A stretch of 56,036 bases of DNA, taken from NCBI GenBank assembly GCA_038210855.1, contig JBBQWE010000001.1, forward strand, positions 1 through 56,036. Direction: 5' to 3'. Source of the stretch: Sphingomonadales bacterium. Its GTDB lineage: Bacteria; Pseudomonadota; Alphaproteobacteria; Sphingomonadales; Sphingomonadaceae. This document shows, piece after piece, positions 1-9,152 of the stretch. The stretch's first letter is position 1; each line of letters begins with the position of its first letter. The notes beneath the pieces are model-generated. The model did no database searches. It was not told where the DNA came from and worked only from the letters and a program-made list of their open reading frames with translations. Position numbers and translations under genes: made by a program.

Positions 1-47
1 CCCACCGCCCCGGGGGGCCCCCGCGCCCGCCGCCCTACCCCCCCCGG

Positions 48-1106
48 TTGGGGGGGGTTGGGGGGGGGGTTGGGGGGGGGGGTGGGGGGGGCGGTTCGGG
101 GGGCGGCTTGGGTGGCCGCTTCGGCGGTGGTTTCGGCGGTGGTTTCGGCAACAATTTCGGTTGGAACGACTGGAACAACTGGTACGCGCCGTCATGGGTG
201 TGGGTGCCGCGCCAGTTCGCCTATCGGCCGTTCATCGGGCGCCATGTGCTGCCGTGGAATGGCGGCCAGCGCTATTGGCAGAACAGCCGCTGGAACCACG
301 CGACGGGCTGGCGCCCGGGCATCGACCGCTTTGGCTATGGCCGCCCGGGCGGGAACTTCGGCCGCCCGGGCGGGAACATTGGCCGCCCTGGCGGGAACTT
401 CGGCAACCCGGGCTGGAATGGCAACAACCGCCCCGATTGGAACAACGACCGGCCACGGCGGAACTGGAACGCCGGACCGCTCCCGGGCGGCCCCGGCAGT
501 GTCGGCGGCCAGATCGGTGGTAGTCTTGGTGGTGTTCAGCCGGGCTTCGGCAATCGTCTGCAAGGCGGACGACCGGCCTTCAATGGCTATGGCCGCCCGG
601 GCGGTGGCTTCAATCGCCCCGACGGCAATGGATTGCGGCCCGATTCCGCTGCTATCGGCAACAGTCGCCCGGGCTTCGGTCGCCCTGGCTTGGGTCGCCC
701 GGGCTTCGGTCGCCCGGATGGCGCTCGCCCGGGTGGCGTTCAAGGTGACCGCGGCTTTCCGCAACAGGGCGGACGGCCGGGGCGCGGAATGCGGCCCGAC
801 GGCATCGGCATGGGTGGCGGCATGGGTGGCGGCATGGGTGGCGGCAGGGCCGGGATGCCGCAGGCGGCACAGCCCGCGGTCGGTTTCGGCGGTGGTCGTC
901 CCGGCGGCGGAAACGTTATCGGCAATCCGGGCGGCGGCAATCGCGGTGGCGGCCGGGCCGAAGGCGGCAATCGCGGCGGCGGCTTCGGCGGCAATGCCGG
1001 CGGTGGCGGCGCAGCGCAGCCGGCGCGCGATACCAACCGGGCACCGTCACCAGCGCCGGTAGCGCGGACCGGGGGACTGACAGAACGCAACGAACGCCCG
1101 CAATAA
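48..1106 (+). CDS. Gly/Arg/Pro/Asn-rich low-complexity protein, probably 5'-truncated; true start uncertain
   Basis: Open frame with repeats GRPGGNF, RPGFG, GMGG, GGNRGGG and a Trp/Asn-rich segment; stop TAA at 1104-1106. First ~95 nt are G/C homopolymer runs typical of a poor-quality contig end. Confidence 0.6.
   Translation: MGGVGGGVGGGGGGGGSGGGLGGRFGGGFGGGFGNNFGWNDWNNWYAPSWVWVPRQFAYRPFIGRHVLPWNGGQRYWQNSRWNHATGWRPGIDRFGYGRPGGNFGRPGGNIGRPGGNFGNPGWNGNNRPDWNNDRPRRNWNAGPLPGGPGSVGGQIGGSLGGVQPGFGNRLQGGRPAFNGYGRPGGGFNRPDGNGLRPDSAAIGNSRPGFGRPGLGRPGFGRPDGARPGGVQGDRGFPQQGGRPGRGMRPDGIGMGGGMGGGMGGGRAGMPQAAQPAVGFGGGRPGGGNVIGNPGGGNRGGGRAEGGNRGGGFGGNAGGGGAAQPARDTNRAPSPAPVARTGGLTERNERPQ
339..401 (+). repeat. 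21-bp coding tandem repeat x3 (GRPGGNF/I)
   Basis: ggccgcccgggcgggaacttc / ggccgcccgggcgggaacatt / ggccgccctggcgggaacttc. Confidence 0.85.
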
Positions 1107-1225
1107 CCGGCAGCGGCCGGCCGGCCGCCCTGTTCCTCTCGTTCATCCCTCTGCCGCGGCGCAACAATCCGCTTGCGCTTGGGCGGCCGCTCCACCCAAG
1201 ATGCGAAGGTGCGGCGGGAGCGGCG

Positions 1226-2674
1226 ATGCCAAGGTACGACGTCTACGACGAGATGTTCGGCAGCAATGCCTATGTCGGTCATTCCGCGCGCGAGGCTGCA
1301 GCCCCCTATCGCGCCGTCGCGCAATGGCTGGAGGCAACGCCGCCGGCGCAACTGCTGGCGCGCCGCCGCCAGGCCGAACTGTTCTTTCGCCGCATCGGCA
1401 TCACCTTCGCCGTCTACGGCGAGGCCGAGGCCGACGAGCGGCTTATCCCCTTCGATATCGTGCCGCGCATTCTGGCGCGGGCCGAATGGCGGCGGCTGGA
1501 GGCCGGGCTCATCCAGCGTGTCGCGGCGCTCAATGCGTTTCTCGCCGATGTCTACGGCCCGCGCGAGATTTTGCGCGCCGGCATCGTTCCCGAAGACCTG
1601 GTGATGCGCAACGCCGGCTATTGCCTGCACATGGCCGGCCGCACGCCGCCCGGCGGCATCTGGACCCATATCGCCGGCATCGACCTTGTCCGCACCGGGC
1701 CCGACCAGTTCCATGTGCTGGAGGACAATGTCCGAACGCCGTCAGGCGTTTCCTACATGCTCGAAAACCGCGAAGTGATGCTCAAGCTGGTGCCGGAACT
1801 TTTCGACGGCATGAAGGTGGCGCCAGTCGAGACCTATCCCGAACTGCTGCTCGAAACGCTGGCGTCTGTAAGTCCCCGCCGCCAGCTGGGTGCTTCGCCG
1901 ACCTGCGTGCTGCTTACCCCGGGACGGCACAACAGCGCTTTCTACGAACACAGCTTCCTTGCCGACACGCTGGGGATCGAGCTTGTCGAGGGCACCGATC
2001 TGTTCGTTCGCGACGACATCGTCTACATGCGCACCACCGAAGGCCCGGCGCGCGTCGATGTTATCTATCGCCGGCTGGACGATGCCTTCCTCGATCCGCT
2101 GTGCTTCAACCCGGGGTCGATGCTCGGCGTGCCGGGGCTGATGGCGGCCTATCACGCCGGCAATGTGACGCTGGCCAATGCCGTCGGCACCGGCATCGCC
2201 GACGACAAGGCGATCTACAGCTACATGCCCGAGATCGTGCGATTCTATACCGGCGAGGAACCGCTGCTCGCCAATGTGCCGACCTGGCGCTGCCGTGAGC
2301 CCGAGGCGCTGGGCCATGTGCTCGACAATCTTGCCGAACTGGTTGTCAAGGAAGTCGATGGTTCGGGCGGCTATGGCATGCTGATCGGCCCCCACGCGCC
2401 GCAGGCGACGCTGGCGGCGTTTGCCGCCAAGCTGAAGGCGCACCCCGAAAAGTTCATCGCCCAGCCGACTCTGGCGCTTTCGACCTGCCCGACCGCCACC
2501 GACACCGGGATCGCCGGCCGCCATGTCGATCTGCGGCCGTTCGTGCTGACCGGTACCAACGGCACCCGCATCGTTCCCGGCGGGCTGACCCGCGTGGCGA
2601 TGACACCGGGGTCGCTGGTGGTGAACTCGTCACAAGGGGGCGGGACCAAGGATACCTGGGTGGTGGATGAATAG
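1226..2674 (+). CDS. Circularly permuted type 2 ATP-grasp protein
   Basis: Motifs GITFAVYG, ERLIPFDIVPR, VLEDNVRTPSGVSY, NSAFYEHSFLA, RHVDLRPF, VVNSSQGGGTKDTWV. Confidence 0.95.
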   Translation: MPRYDVYDEMFGSNAYVGHSAREAAAPYRAVAQWLEATPPAQLLARRRQAELFFRRIGITFAVYGEAEADERLIPFDIVPRILARAEWRRLEAGLIQRVAALNAFLADVYGPREILRAGIVPEDLVMRNAGYCLHMAGRTPPGGIWTHIAGIDLVRTGPDQFHVLEDNVRTPSGVSYMLENREVMLKLVPELFDGMKVAPVETYPELLLETLASVSPRRQLGASPTCVLLTPGRHNSAFYEHSFLADTLGIELVEGTDLFVRDDIVYMRTTEGPARVDVIYRRLDDAFLDPLCFNPGSMLGVPGLMAAYHAGNVTLANAVGTGIADDKAIYSYMPEIVRFYTGEEPLLANVPTWRCREPEALGHVLDNLAELVVKEVDGSGGYGMLIGPHAPQATLAAFAAKLKAHPEKFIAQPTLALSTCPTATDTGIAGRHVDLRPFVLTGTNGTRIVPGGLTRVAMTPGSLVVNSSQGGGTKDTWVVDE

Positions 2675-2857
2675 CGCAGCGTCGCGCAGCGCTGGACCGG
2701 ATTTGCGCAGAAAATCCGGGAAGCGCGCCGGCAGGCGCAAGCTCGGCCAGCGGGGCGGGCGGCGCTCCTGCCGCCCGAACCCGTCTGACGTCACGACGCG
2801 GCTTTGCCGCGGCACCTTTGCGCCCGCCTCCACTTCTGTAGTGAATTATCAGTCGAA

Positions 2858-3796
2858 ATGCTGAGCCGCACCGCCTCCGCCCTCTACTGGATGGGCCGCT
2901 ACCTCGAACGTGCCGATTTCACGGCGCGGCTGATCGAGGCAACGCAGCGGCTCGCCGCCCTGCCGACGAGCTATGGCGGCGCCGTCAATGCCTGGGAATC
3001 GGCGCTGGCCACGGCGTGGATGACCGAAGCACACGCCAGCCGCGGCCTTGCCGTCGATGAACATCATGTCAGCGAATTCCTGACCCTGGCGCCCGACAAT
3101 GCCAGTTCGATCCGGTCCTGCCTCGAAGCGGCGCGCAACAACGCCCGATCGGTGCGCACCGCGCTGACGGAAGAAGCCTGGGAAGCGATCAACACCGCCT
3201 GGCACGAGATCGCCCGCGTCCACAGTCTCGACAGCCGCGATGCGCTGGGGCCGCTGCTCGAACAGGTCCGCGGCTGGGTGGCGGCCTATGAAGGCGCCGC
3301 CCATCGCACCATGTTGCGCGGCGACGCCTTCTGGTTCGTCAACCTGGGGTCGGCAGTGGAACGGGCGGACAACACCGCCCGGCTGCTCGATGTGAAATAC
3401 CATCTGCTGCTGCCGCGCGGCGAAAGCGTCGGCGGCAGCCTCGATTATTTCCAGTGGACGACGATCCTGCGGACGGTGTCGGCGCTGACCGCCTATCGCT
3501 GGGTATATCGCGATTCGGTGAAGCCGTGGCTGGTCGCCGACCTGCTGATCCTCAATCGCCAGATGCCGCGCAGCCTTGCCGCCTGCCACGACGAGATACT
3601 GCGTCATCTCGACCTGCTCGCCGTCCAGTCGGGAAAGCGCGGCATCGCGCATCGCCAGGCCGCCGCCAACAACGCCTGCCTTGCCGGCCAGACCATCGAT
3701 TCGATCTTCGCCGGCGGGCTGCACGAGTTCCTCGAAAAGTTCCTCGTCGACAATCACCGCCTCGGGGAATGCATCGCCGAACAATATCTGTTCTAA
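2858..3796 (+). CDS. Alpha-E domain protein (DUF403)
   Basis: MLSRTA..LYWMGRYLERA, ARNNARSVR, ERADNTARLLDVKY, PRSL; ATG 2858 matches the family N-terminus. Confidence 0.93.
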   Translation: MLSRTASALYWMGRYLERADFTARLIEATQRLAALPTSYGGAVNAWESALATAWMTEAHASRGLAVDEHHVSEFLTLAPDNASSIRSCLEAARNNARSVRTALTEEAWEAINTAWHEIARVHSLDSRDALGPLLEQVRGWVAAYEGAAHRTMLRGDAFWFVNLGSAVERADNTARLLDVKYHLLLPRGESVGGSLDYFQWTTILRTVSALTAYRWVYRDSVKPWLVADLLILNRQMPRSLAACHDEILRHLDLLAVQSGKRGIAHRQAAANNACLAGQTIDSIFAGGLHEFLEKFLVDNHRLGECIAEQYLF

Positions 3797-3848
3797 TCGT
3801 CGGCGTGCCCGCCGGTGGCGGCGGCAAACGAGAAACATTGGGGCCGGG

Positions 3849-4739
3849 ATGCGAATTCGCGTCGATTACACCACTGCCTATGATTACGCCGATCTGGCGC
3901 ACCATGTCGTGCAGCTGCTGCGCGTCGAACCTTCGGTGCACGATGGCCAGCACGTCGTCGGCTGGCGGATCGATGTCGATTGCGACGGCCATCTGCGCCG
4001 CGGCCGCGACAGTTTCGGCAATGTCGTCCACGTGTTCTACGCCGATGCGCCGCTGCGTGCGCTGACCCTGCACGTCAGCGGCGAAGTCGACACGCGCGAG
4101 ACGCACGGGCTGGTGACCGGCGATGCCGACAAGCTGCCGCTCGCCGTCTATCGCCGCGATACCCCGCTGACGCTTGCCGATGCAGCGATCGGTGCCTTCG
4201 CTCGCAGCCTTGTCGGCGAAACCACGCTTGCCACTTGCCATGCCCTTGCCGGTGCGATCCATGCCCGCGTCACCTTCGATACCGACGCCACCCACAGCCA
4301 CACCGATGCCGCCCATGCCTTCGCGCTGGCCGCCGGCGTCTGCCAGGACCAGGCGCATATCTTCCTTGCCGCTGCCCGCCACCTCGAAATTCCGGCGCGC
4401 TATGTTTCGGGGCATCTGGTTCGTTCCGACGGCATGGTCGCCCAGCCGGCCGCCCATGCCTGGGCCGAAGCCTGGATCGACGGGCTCGGCTGGGTCGGCT
4501 TCGATCCGACCAACGGTATCTGCCCGACGGAGGCCTATCTGCGCGTCGCCGTCGGTCTCGACTATCTCGATGCGGCGCCGGTGCGCGGCACCCGCCGCGG
4601 CGGCGGGATCGAAACCATGTCGGTGAGTGTTACCGCCCGCGATCTTGCCGCGGCGCCGGCCGATGACGGGCATGCCGGGGGCCAAAGCCAGGGCCAGGGC
4701 CAGGGCCAGGGCCAGTCGCAGGTTCAGGTGCAGGCGTGA
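3849..4739 (+). CDS. Transglutaminase family protein with Gln-rich C-terminal tail
   Basis: Triad motifs GVCQD, HAWAE, FDPTN; ARYVSG; tail GQSQGQGQGQGQSQVQVQA. Confidence 0.93.
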   Translation: MRIRVDYTTAYDYADLAHHVVQLLRVEPSVHDGQHVVGWRIDVDCDGHLRRGRDSFGNVVHVFYADAPLRALTLHVSGEVDTRETHGLVTGDADKLPLAVYRRDTPLTLADAAIGAFARSLVGETTLATCHALAGAIHARVTFDTDATHSHTDAAHAFALAAGVCQDQAHIFLAAARHLEIPARYVSGHLVRSDGMVAQPAAHAWAEAWIDGLGWVGFDPTNGICPTEAYLRVAVGLDYLDAAPVRGTRRGGGIETMSVSVTARDLAAAPADDGHAGGQSQGQGQGQGQSQVQVQA

Positions 4740-4795
4740 CCGGCGATGGCGGCAACGGCCTGGACCAGCGCCAATTTCTGGGGAGCGATGCTGCC

Positions 4796-5563
4796 ATGAC
4801 CTATTGTGTCGGAATCCTGGTGCGCGAAGGCCTGGTGATGATGGCCGATACCCGCACCAACGCCGGGGTCGACAATATCTCGACCTATCGCAAGCTGCGC
4901 GTTGTCGAAGCCAGCGAGGATCGGGTGATCGCGGTCTGTTCGGCGGGAAGCCTGTCGGTGACGCAGAACGCGCTGAGCCGGCTGAGCAGCGGCATCCCGA
5001 TGCCCGATTCGGGCGAGGTCGAAACGCTGGGCAAGGCGCCGACCATCTTTCGGGCGGCGCAGATCGTCGGCCAGGCGCTGCAGACGGCAAAGCGCGCCAT
5101 CGACGATGTCGTCAACGACGATTCGATCGGCACCGACGCGACGCTGCTGCTCGGCGGTGCCCGCGCCGGGCAGCGACCGCGGCTGTTCCTGATCTATGGC
5201 GCCGGCAATTTCATCGAATGCGGGCCGGATACCCCCTATCTGCAGATCGGCGAGACCAAATATGGCAAGCCGGTGCTCGATCGCATGATGCATTTCGAAA
5301 CGCCGATGGCCGAGGCGGTGAAGGTCGCGCTGATCTCGTTCAGCGCGACGATGCGATCGAACCTTGCCGTCGGCCTGCCGATCGACCTCGTCACGTTGCG
5401 CGCCGGCACGCAGAAGATCGAAATGGCGCACCGCATCGAAGTCGACGACGCCTATTATGCCGAATTGAATGACCGCTGGTCGAACGCCCTGCGCGCCGCC
5501 GCCGCCGCGATCCCGCTGCCGCAATATGCCAGTCAGCCCGACCCGGCGCTGTTTCTGGATTGA
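4796..5563 (+). CDS. Proteasome-type Ntn protease (Anbu)
   Basis: MTYCVG...DTRTNAGVDNISTYRKL places Thr first after Met removal; QIGETKYGKPVLDR, TMRSNLAVGLPID. Confidence 0.95.
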   Translation: MTYCVGILVREGLVMMADTRTNAGVDNISTYRKLRVVEASEDRVIAVCSAGSLSVTQNALSRLSSGIPMPDSGEVETLGKAPTIFRAAQIVGQALQTAKRAIDDVVNDDSIGTDATLLLGGARAGQRPRLFLIYGAGNFIECGPDTPYLQIGETKYGKPVLDRMMHFETPMAEAVKVALISFSATMRSNLAVGLPIDLVTLRAGTQKIEMAHRIEVDDAYYAELNDRWSNALRAAAAAIPLPQYASQPDPALFLD

Positions 5564-5567
5564 AGCT

Positions 5568-6785
5568 TCAGGTCGCCGCTATCGCTGTCGCCGTCGCCGG
5601 CACCCGGCGCAGCCAGAGCATGGTCGCCAGCACCAGGCCGATCGCGGCGATGCCGGTCATCGCCAGATAACCGGGTGCGCCGAGGCGATCGTAGAGCGGC
5701 CCCGAAATCAGCACCGCGGCGGCATAGGTCGGCGCATTGGCCAGCCCCATGTAGATCATCTGCGCCGTCGGGGCGCGATCGTCGCCATGGATGGTCTGGA
5801 TGAAGCGCATCCCGCCGAGGAAGGTCGCGGCGAAGCTGAGGCTGTGCAGCAGTTGCAGCGGCACCAACACCCAGAACGGCGGCAGCGCGGCAAGCGCCGT
5901 CCAGCGGATGACGGCGCCGATACCGCCGGCGACGATCAGCGTTTCCGGGCGGAAACGCGCCGACCAGGTGCCGAGGAACATCAGGAAGCCGACTTCGGCC
6001 AGCGTGCCGATGTTCCACAGCACCGAAATCTCGCTCGACGACATCCCCTGCTGGTTGGCCCAGACCAGCGAGCCCGATGTGTAGAGGAAACCGGCGCTGG
6101 CCTGGATCAGCCCGGCGGCGAAGATGAACAGCGTGAAGTTCGAATTGCGCAGCATGCCGAAGCCTGCCGAAAGCCGCTCGCCGAACGGCTGGGCGATCTC
6201 GGCGCGGGCCAGCACCGGTTCGCGCGGCATCCAGGCGCTGCCGCCGATCATCAGCGCCGAAATGACCAGCATGAAGCCCCAGATCGGCCAGAACGCCCCC
6301 GACCAGTCGTTGAGCACGCCGACGACAGTGGTGCCGACGACGAACGCCACCGAGGCGAGACCGCGCGCGACGCCGTAATTCGGCTTGCCGGTGCGCGTCA
6401 GCCGCAGCAGCGCCGTTTCAACGACCGGCAGCAGCCCCCAATAGGCGATATCGAGGATCAGGATCACCGCGAACACCGCGACGAAGCTTTCGAGGAAATA
6501 CAGCACCGCGAAGCCGACGGTCAGCAGGATGGTGAACATGAACAGCGGCGCCCGCCGGTCGCTGCGGCCATCGGCCCAGGCAGCGGTCAGCGGCCCGGCC
6601 AGCGCCCGGCTGAACCCGGCGATGGCGAGGACGACACCGATTTCGGCGCCGCTGAAGCCGTGGACCTTTTCCAGCCACAGCGGCAGGAACGGGATCAGGC
6701 AGCCGAAGCCGGCAAAGAACAGGCAGGCGAGCCAGGTGGCGCGAACGCCCGGATGGAAAGTGCCGCCGGCGGGGGTTGCTGTCAT
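5568..6785 (-). CDS. MFS transporter (HcaT/nucleoside-symporter-like)
   Basis: About 12 hydrophobic segments; PFLPLWL, YGVARGLAS, QLLHSLSFA; ATG 6785 chosen. Confidence 0.88.
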   Translation of the reverse strand: MTATPAGGTFHPGVRATWLACLFFAGFGCLIPFLPLWLEKVHGFSGAEIGVVLAIAGFSRALAGPLTAAWADGRSDRRAPLFMFTILLTVGFAVLYFLESFVAVFAVILILDIAYWGLLPVVETALLRLTRTGKPNYGVARGLASVAFVVGTTVVGVLNDWSGAFWPIWGFMLVISALMIGGSAWMPREPVLARAEIAQPFGERLSAGFGMLRNSNFTLFIFAAGLIQASAGFLYTSGSLVWANQQGMSSSEISVLWNIGTLAEVGFLMFLGTWSARFRPETLIVAGGIGAVIRWTALAALPPFWVLVPLQLLHSLSFAATFLGGMRFIQTIHGDDRAPTAQMIYMGLANAPTYAAAVLISGPLYDRLGAPGYLAMTGIAAIGLVLATMLWLRRVPATATAIAAT

Positions 6786-6883
6786 GCCTCTGTCATGGCG
6801 ACCGATGGCCGGCCATGCAACGCCCTTGCGAGGGCCGGAACCACTTCTGCCCTGCGGCGTGCGCAAGGGTCGGCATTCTTCTT

Positions 6884-6916
6884 CCCTCCCGCTTGCGGGA
6901 GGGGTCGGGGGTGGGC
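6884..6916. repeat. REP-like palindrome with G-rich tail
   Basis: ccctcccgc-tt-gcgggaggg followed by gtcgggggtgggc, in a divergent intergenic region. Confidence 0.6.
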
Positions 6917-6958
6917 ACAGCCGCTATGCCGACACCAACCTTATCGGAGCCCAATCCC

Positions 6959-7735
6959 ATGTCCCTTCCCGCCCTGTTCGATCTTTCCGGCCAGATCGCC
7001 GTCATCACCGGCTCGTCGCGCGGCATCGGCAAGGCCATCGCCCACCGGATGGCGGAACATGGCGCCAGCGTTGTCGTTTCCAGCCGCAAGGCCGATGCCT
7101 GCGAAGCCGCGGTCGCTGAGATCAACGACGCCGTCGGACGCGAGGCCGCGGTCAGCATCCCCGCCAACATCGCCGACAAGGCCAGCCTGCAAGCATTGGT
7201 GGACGCGACGCGCGCCCGCTTCGGCCGTATCGACCACCTTGTCTGCAACGCCGCGTCCAACCCCTATTTCGGCCCCCAGGCCGGTATCAGCGACGATCAG
7301 TTCGGCAAGATCCTGCAGAACAACATCGTTTCGAACCATTGGTTGATTTCGATGGTCGCCCCCGAGATGCGCGAGCGCAAGGACGGCAGCATCACCATCA
7401 TCTCGTCGGTCGGCGGGCTGAAGGCCTCGACGGTGATCGGCGCCTATTGCATCAGCAAGGCCGCCGACATGCAGCTGGCGCGCAACCTCGCCGCCGAATA
7501 TGGCCCCGACAATGTGCGGGTGAACTGCATCGCGCCGGGCCTGATCAAGACCGATTTTGCCAAGGCACTGTGGGACAATCCCGACATCCTGAAGGCCAGC
7601 ACGTCGGGCGCCCCGTTGCGCCGAATCGGCACGCCGGATGAAATCGCCGGCATGGCGGTGCTGCTGGCCGGGCCGGCCGGCGCCTTTGCCACTGGCCAAT
7701 GCTTCGTCATCGATGGCGGCGCGACGATCGCTTGA
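6959..7735 (+). CDS. SDR family oxidoreductase
   Basis: TGSSRGIG, catalytic YCISK, RVNCIAPGLIKT. Confidence 0.95.
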   Translation: MSLPALFDLSGQIAVITGSSRGIGKAIAHRMAEHGASVVVSSRKADACEAAVAEINDAVGREAAVSIPANIADKASLQALVDATRARFGRIDHLVCNAASNPYFGPQAGISDDQFGKILQNNIVSNHWLISMVAPEMRERKDGSITIISSVGGLKASTVIGAYCISKAADMQLARNLAAEYGPDNVRVNCIAPGLIKTDFAKALWDNPDILKASTSGAPLRRIGTPDEIAGMAVLLAGPAGAFATGQCFVIDGGATIA

Positions 7736-7782
7736 AGTCGGCGCAAATTTATCCGGGACGCGGCCAGTGATATCGAGGCTGG

Positions 7783-8490
7783 TTATTGCAACTCGAACTG
7801 CACCGTAACCGTGACTGCCAGCGCGACTTCACCGGGCGCGACGGGCGTGCTGTCGGCCTCCGATGCCTTGGCCATCATCATCATCGGCCGCGGGCCGGCG
7901 TCTGCCGGCATCCCCTCGGTGATGCCGACGATGCGCTTGACCGTCAAACCAGCAGCGCGGGCGTAGAGCAGCGCCCGCGCCCTTGCCGAGGCGATCGCCT
8001 TGACCCGGGCTTCGTCGAGCGCCGCTTCCGACGCTTCGACACGAAATTCCGGACCGCTGATCTGGTTGGCACCAACGCCGGCGAGCGTGTCGAGCAGGCG
8101 GCCGGTGTCGGCGATACGGCGTATCACGATGCCGACGTTGCTGGTTGCCTGGTAACCGGTGAGTTCCGGAGGCCGGTTCTGTTCGTAGCGATATTGCGGT
8201 TGCAACCCGAGACCGCGAGTCTGGATATCGCGTGTCGCGACACCGGCCTTGCGCAGCGCGCCGAGCATCGCGGTCATCGCGCGGGCGTTTTCGGCCATGG
8301 CAGCGGCGGCAGTGGTGGCGGTGGTGACCACGCCGCCCGATACTTCGGCAACGTCGGGCATTTGGCTGACGCGGCCTTCCGCCACCACGGTCAGCAGCGT
8401 GCCGGCAACCGGTCCGGTTTCGGCGGCCCTGGCCGCGCTTGCAACGAGAAGCACCGACGCAAGGGCGCTCGCCAGTTTCAACTTGTCCAT
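7783..8490 (-). CDS. SIMPL domain (DUF541) periplasmic protein
   Basis: Signal peptide; PDVAEVSGGV, DIQT, LQPQY, GANQISGPEF, PVAPGE. Confidence 0.92.
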   Translation of the reverse strand: MDKLKLASALASVLLVASAARAAETGPVAGTLLTVVAEGRVSQMPDVAEVSGGVVTTATTAAAAMAENARAMTAMLGALRKAGVATRDIQTRGLGLQPQYRYEQNRPPELTGYQATSNVGIVIRRIADTGRLLDTLAGVGANQISGPEFRVEASEAALDEARVKAIASARARALLYARAAGLTVKRIVGITEGMPADAGPRPMMMMAKASEADSTPVAPGEVALAVTVTVQFELQ

Positions 8491-8567
8491 GTCGGCCGTC
8501 CCGTGTTGCTGCAACGCTCTAGTCGCCGCGCGGCGCTTGCGGCAGGCTGAACGGCAACAGCCCGAAG

Positions 8568-8635
8568 GATCACGGCCCTCACGATCACGGCCCTCACGAT
8601 CACGGCCGGCGCTGATGGGCCCCGGCCGTGATCGT
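8568..8635. repeat. 15-bp tandem repeat (x2.7) fused to a 14-bp inverted repeat; possible terminator
   Basis: gatcacggccctcac x2 + gatcacggcc; stem acgatcacggccgg (8596-8609) / ccggccgtgatcgt (8622-8635). Confidence 0.8.
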
Positions 8636-8653
8636 CGCTTCGAAAAATGCGGC

Positions 8654-8914
8654 TCAGGCCGAGCGGTTGCGCGTCACCAGCCTGTACAGCCACAGCGGCA
8701 GTACGGCGCCGAGGATCGACATGATCCAGCCCGGGGCGTCGCCATCACGATACCAGCCGAACAGCGACTGGCCGATGAACTTGGCAGTGAATGCGCCGGC
8801 GATCCCGATCAGGATGGTGACGATCCAGCCGCCGGGATCGCGTCCGGGCGAGATCAGCTTGGCGATGGCGCCGACGATCAGGCCGACGATGATGGTTCCG
8901 ATAATGCCGAACAT
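8654..8914 (-). CDS. GlsB/YeaQ/YmgE family membrane protein
   Basis: IIVGLIVGAIAKLISPGRDPGGWIVTILIGIAGA; ATG 8914. Confidence 0.93.
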   Translation of the reverse strand: MFGIIGTIIVGLIVGAIAKLISPGRDPGGWIVTILIGIAGAFTAKFIGQSLFGWYRDGDAPGWIMSILGAVLPLWLYRLVTRNRSA

Positions 8915-9152
8915 CTTGGTCTCTCCCGCAGATTGCGAGGCCAGAACGCCGCATTGCGCCGATGGCTCCCCGAAATAATCCAGTCCGACCACGGAGGCGG
9001 CGGCAAGGCCGCGCGGGACTGCGGCGCGGTGGCCGCAACGCTGCTCGGGTGCGGCACCGCCACGGCCTTTCGTTTGCCACAGTGATCCACTACAAGCCTT
9101 GCGCGCACTGACATATTCGAGTAACACAGTTGGCGTCATGGAAAGATCGAGT

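Noticed and set aside
1-100. G/C homopolymer runs as G-quadruplex or phase-variable tract
   Set aside because: At the window edge and unlike the rest of the sequence; most likely low-quality contig end
8568-8610. CRISPR array
   Set aside because: Contiguous 15-bp units with no spacers and no cas genes
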